Source: Octopus vulgaris
Taxonomy: Eukaryota
DNA length: 64,000 nucleotides
Direction: 5' to 3'
Assembly: GCA_951406725.2 (NCBI GenBank)
Contig: OX597821.1
Location: 41,354,001 to 41,418,000, forward strand
This document shows, piece by piece, positions 59,301-64,000 of the stretch. Under the pieces are notes generated by a model. That model ran no database searches. It had not been told where the DNA came from and worked only from the letters and a program-made list of their open reading frames with translations. Each line of letters begins with the position of its first letter. Position 1 is the stretch's first letter. The position numbers were made by a program, and so were the translations under genes.

Positions 59301-60084
59301 TATTTCTTTACTACCCACAAGGGGCTAAACACAGAGAGGACAAACAAGGACAGACAAATGGATTAAGTCGATTATATCGACCCCAGTTCATAACTGGTGC
59401 TTATTTAATTGATGCCGAAAGGATGAAAGGCAAAGTCAACCTCGGCGGAATTTGAACTCAGAACATAGCTGCAGAAGAAACACCTATTTCTTTACTACCC
59501 ACAAGGGGCTAAACACAGAGAGGACAAACAAGGACAGACAAATGGATTAAGTCGATTACATCAACCCCAGTTCATAACTAGTGCTTATTTAATCGACCCC
59601 GAAAGGATGAAAGGCAAAGTCGACCTCGGCAGAATTTGAACTCAGAACATAGTGGCAGACGAAACACCTATTTCTTTACTACCCACAAGGGGCTAAACTC
59701 AGAGAGGACAAACAAGGACAGACAAATGGATTAAGTCGATTATATCGACCCCAGTAGGTAACTGGTACTTATTTAATCGACCCCGAAAGGACAAAAGGCA
59801 AAGTTTAACCTCGGGGGAATTTGAACTCAGAACATAGCGGCAGACGAAACACCTACTTCTTTACTACCCACAGGGGGCTAAACACAGAGAGGACAAACAA
59901 GGACAGACAAACAGATTAAGTCGGATATTTCGACCCCAGTGCGTAACTGGTACTTATTTAATTGACCCTGAAAGGATGAAAGGCAGGGTCGACCTCGGCA
60001 GAATTTGAACTTAGAACATAGCGGCAGACAAAATATGGCTACACATTTCACCCGACGTGTTAATGTTTCTGCCAGCTTGCCGCC
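59301..60084 (-). mobile_element. SINE family B tetramer (one headed copy plus three 184/185-bp headless units) within a single TSD
   Basis: Units start at 59301, 59485, 59669 and 59854. TSD atcatcaccatcacc at 59286-59300 and 60085-60099. Confidence 0.9.
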
Positions 60085-60514
60085 ATCATCACCATCACCA
60101 CCACAGGCATCGACATCATCATCATGTGGTGGTGGTGGTGGTGGTGGTGATGATGGTGATGATAACGATGATAATGATGACAAGGCAGAAGAGGTGGAGA
60201 AGGAGGAAGACTTGGAGTCTTCACGAAACAACCTGCTGAGGACTAACGGCCAGATCTGCCCATCATGCAAGGTGCCAAGTCCCAGCCGAACGGAAGGTAA
60301 CCTTCCAGTGTAGACTTGGAAAAGCTAACAGGAAATACGTCTCTCTCAGAGCCCTTCAAGTAATCAGTTTGGTGTCAGGTATACTCAGCCAAAAGGCGAA
60401 GGGGAGCAGAAAGAGGGTCATGCATATTCATCAACCTGAAGATTTGTGATATGAAGTGTTTCAGATTACAAAATAATGGAGGAGTAGAGATGTCACTGGT
60501 TGAAATATCTTTAA

Positions 60515-60785
60515 CCCTTTCATTACCAACCCGGCTGAAACTGGTTCAGGCTCCGTAGTACAAATGTCTTGTTTTCATAAGTTTTGAATTATAATCTTCC
60601 ACCAAACCTTAGTCAAAATTTTTGTTCCTAACACTAGCTTAATGATAACTAAGTTATTTTACTAAATTCTTTGTTATATTTAAAGTAATTTCAATTAGAA
60701 ATACAATATATACAAGCATACACACATACAGACACACACATGCACACACGCACACACATACACATACATACATTCATACGTACAT

Positions 60786-60822
<37 letters not shown>

Positions 60823-60941
60823 TACATACATACATACATACATACATACACATATACATGCATACATACACACATACTAACACACAGAGACACATATACA
60901 CACGCACAGAGCATCTCAAAATAAATATAGTAACGAAAGGG
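60515..60941. mobile_element. piggyBac-type non-autonomous element
   Basis: TTAA on both sides (60511-60514, 60942-60945); TIRs ccctttcattac / gtaacgaaaggg. Confidence 0.8.
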
Positions 60942-61199
60942 TTAATAGCGACACATTTGCTCTAACTGATGGAAAAAAAGAAAAGGACAGGGAATTGCAA
61001 TTAAGTAAAATTACTAAATGAAATCATGGAGTGGCTGTGTGATAAGTAGCTTGCTAACCAACCATATGGTTTCGGGTTCAGTCCCACTGTGTGGCACCTT
61101 GGGCAAGTGTCTTCCACTATAGCCTCAGGCTTACCAACAAAGCCTTGTGAGTGGATTTGGTAGACAGAAACTGAAAGAAGCCCATTGTGTATATACATG

Positions 61200-61232
<33 letters not shown>

Positions 61233-61240
61233 TGAGGGAA

Positions 61241-62577
61241 TCATCATCATCATCATCGTTTAACGTCCGTTTTCCGCGCTAGCACGGGTTGGACGGTTCG
61301 ACCGGGGTCTGGGAAGCCAGGGGCCGCTCCAGGCTCCAGTCTGATTTGGCAGAGTTTCTACGGCTGGATGCCCTTCCTAACGCCAACCACTCCGTGAGTG
61401 GATTGGGTGCTTTTACGTGCCACCTGCACAGGGGCCGGGGGGGCCGGCATCGGTCACGATCGGTTCGAGCTTTTAACGTGCCAGCGGCACGGGGGCAACT
61501 GGGTCCGGGGTACTTTGGGGATCCGGGGTACTTTGAATGGGTAGGGGGTATGTGGAATTGCTGCAGAAAGCAGCCCGGGTCTTTGCAGTCACAGCATATC
61601 TCCAGAGATCTCGGTCCTTCACCATTGCCTCAGTGAGGCCCAATGCTCTGAGGTCATGCTTGACTACCTCATCCCATGTCTTCCTGGGTCTACCTCTCCC
61701 CTGATACCTTCAACTGTTTGGGAGTGGCACTTCTTCACACATCTTTCTTCATCCATCCGCAGCACATGACCATACCATCGCAAGCGTCGCTCTTGCACAC
61801 CACATCTGATGCTTCTTATATCCAGCATTTCTCTTAGGATGCTTACACTCTGTCTTGCGTGCACACTGACACTACACATCCAGCGGATCATGCTAGCTTC
61901 ATTTCTTTCAAGTCTACGCATGTCCTCTGCAGTCACAGCCCATGTTTCATTACCGTGAAGCATGGCAGTTCGCACACATGCATCATACAATCTACCTTTC
62001 GCTCTGAGGGAGAGACCTTTTGTTGCCAGTAGGGGTAGGAGCTTTCTGAACTTTGCCCAGGCTATTCGTATTCTAGTGGTGATACTCTCTGTGCATCCAC
62101 CTCCGCTACTAACTTGGTCACCCAGGTAGCGGAAACTATCAACTACTTCTAGTTTCTCTCCCTGGAGTGTGATGGAATCTGTTTTCTGAGTGTCTGTTGT
62201 GTCTATTGTCCCTGTGCATCTGCCGCACATGAAAGCTATCTTATCTGTTAATTTCCCTTTAATGTTGCTGCACCTCTTATGTGTCCATAACTTACATTGG
62301 GTGCATCTTATGGAGTTTCTACCTGTACCTTTCCTACAGATTGAGCAGGGCCACCTACCCGAGGGGGTGTGTGCTGAGTACCTCTTGCTGCTTACTAATA
62401 CTTTGGTCTTTGCTACATTTATTCTAAGGCCCTTTGATTCCAACCCTTGCTTCCACACCCGAAATTTCTCTTCTAGTTCCGGTAGTGATTCTGCTATGAG
62501 AGCTAGGTCATCGGCATAGAGGAGCTCCCAGGGGCATCCGTTTTGAATTCCTCTGTTATTGCCTGAAGGACTATTAT
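61241..62577 (-). mobile_element. 5'-truncated RTE-clade LINE: RT C-terminal half with a PHD-like finger, 3' UTR and (GAT)n tail
   Basis: GCPWELLYADDLALIAES lies upstream of ORF 61664-62458 (KGLRINVAKTKV, FRYLG, RIRIAWAKF, RLRWYGHV). Frameshifts near both ends of the ORF. Confidence 0.92.
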
Positions 62578-62678
62578 TCCAAATTTACATATTTAATCTT
62601 TCTATATAATATGTAATTTTTCTAAATAGTATAATTTAATTTTTCATTATTGAATTGATAACATGTGTTTTTTTACTA

Positions 62679-62718
<40 letters not shown>

Positions 62719-63206
62719 ATGTATAAGTATGTATGTTTGTTCCCCCACATCACTTGTCAGCTGATGTTGGTGTGTTTACATCCCTGTAACTTAGCAATTC
62801 GGTAAAAGAGAGCTATAGAATAAGTAGTAGGCTTACAAAGAATAAGACTCTTAAGTCAATTTGTTCAACTAATGGCGGTGCTCCAGCATGGCCGTAGTCA
62901 AATGGCTGAAACAAATAAAAGAGTAAAAGAAAAGCCATGAATAATCACTCACTGGAATAATGGTGTGAAAGTTTGGCCAACAATTTCAGGGAAGGAGATA
63001 AGTCAGTTACATCAACCCCAGTATCTAACTGGTACTAATATTATCAACCCTGAAACGTTGAAAGACAAAGCTAACCTTGGCATAATTTGAACTCAGAGCC
63101 TAAAGCCAGATTAAATGCTGCCAAGCATTTTTTCCATTGGGCTCAGCATTCTACCAGCTCATTGCTTTCACTCACTGTAATAATGAGGAAGCAGTCTGCA
63201 AGTGGA

Positions 63207-63267
<61 letters not shown>

Positions 63268-63580
63268 CATTATTATTATTATTATTATTATTTTTATTTT
63301 TATTATTATTATTTCTCTATATCACAGGTTTTTATGGAGCTCCTGGAGTTTTGCATGCATAGCAGGCTTGCTACTTGCTGCCACCTTCTGTAAGGATGCT
63401 AAACCAAATGGCTAAATATTTGTTTTCAAAGAACAAAAGATTTCTCAAAATAGAGTTTAGATTTTGAAACTCAGAAATTTTCTTTTGTGCTGCCTTTGTT
63501 CTGACATTTCTTTTTGTAAAGTGCTTTCAACCACTGAAAATCTTGAGGAAAAAACTACCAAACAAGTTGCTCATATGGAT

Positions 63581-63723
63581 GCAGGAGTGACTGTGAGGTA
63601 AGTAGCTTGCTTGCCGACCACATGATTCTGGGTTCAATCCCACTGCGTGACACCTTGGGCAAGTGTCTTCAACCAAAGCCTTGTGAGTGGAATTGGTACA
63701 CAGAAACTGAAAGAAGCCAGTCA

Positions 63724-63758
<35 letters not shown>

Positions 63759-63968
63759 TTGTGAGTCTGTGTTTTTCCCCACCACCATTGCTTGGCAACT
63801 GATGATGGTGTGTTTACATACCCATAACCTAGCAGTTTGGCAAAAGACACTGATAGAATAAGTACAAGGCTTACAAAGAATAAGTCCTGCGGTTGATTTG
63901 TTTGACTAAAGGTGATGCTCCAGCATGGCCACAGGCAAATGACTAAAACAAGTAAAAGACTAAAAGAA
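63581..63968 (+). mobile_element. SINE family A (diverged)
   Basis: Head, CORE-like segment and tail are all recognisable. Confidence 0.85.
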
Positions 63969-64000
63969 CATACAGTGTGCTTATTGTTTACAGCAGTGAA

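Noticed and set aside
59301-60084. CRISPR-like or satellite array
   Set aside because: There are no unique spacers; the units are SINE bodies in a eukaryotic context.

Overview
AT-rich, microsatellite-saturated animal genomic DNA. The repeat content (tRNA-derived SINEs, RTE LINE tails ending in (GAT)n, very dense (TA)n/(ATT)n/(CAT)n) is what I associate with Octopus/coleoid cephalopods; this is inferred, not verified. I cannot support any host protein-coding exon, and nearly all ORFs in the track are microsatellite or SINE artefacts. The recognisable coding remnants are all from transposons: a 5'-truncated RTE LINE with YADD and an inserted PHD-like finger (61241-62577, -), a mariner transposase, a CR1/L2-group 3' end, an RLE-type LINE 3' end and two decayed Penelope-like elements. 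There are also a Helitron, a piggyBac-type MITE and other MITEs. The main hidden signal is about ten hammerhead-ribozyme (HHR) motifs, intact or decayed, from several families. They are minimal type I motifs of the Penelope-associated kind, and several lie inside inverted-repeat insertions. The clearest is a TSD-bounded, tRNA-headed SINE carrying an HHR and inserted as an inverted dimer (15791-16358). A second signal is a SINE that occurs as concatemers of 184-bp units with the same junction at two loci, each array inside a single TSD. All alignments and RNA folds were made by eye.
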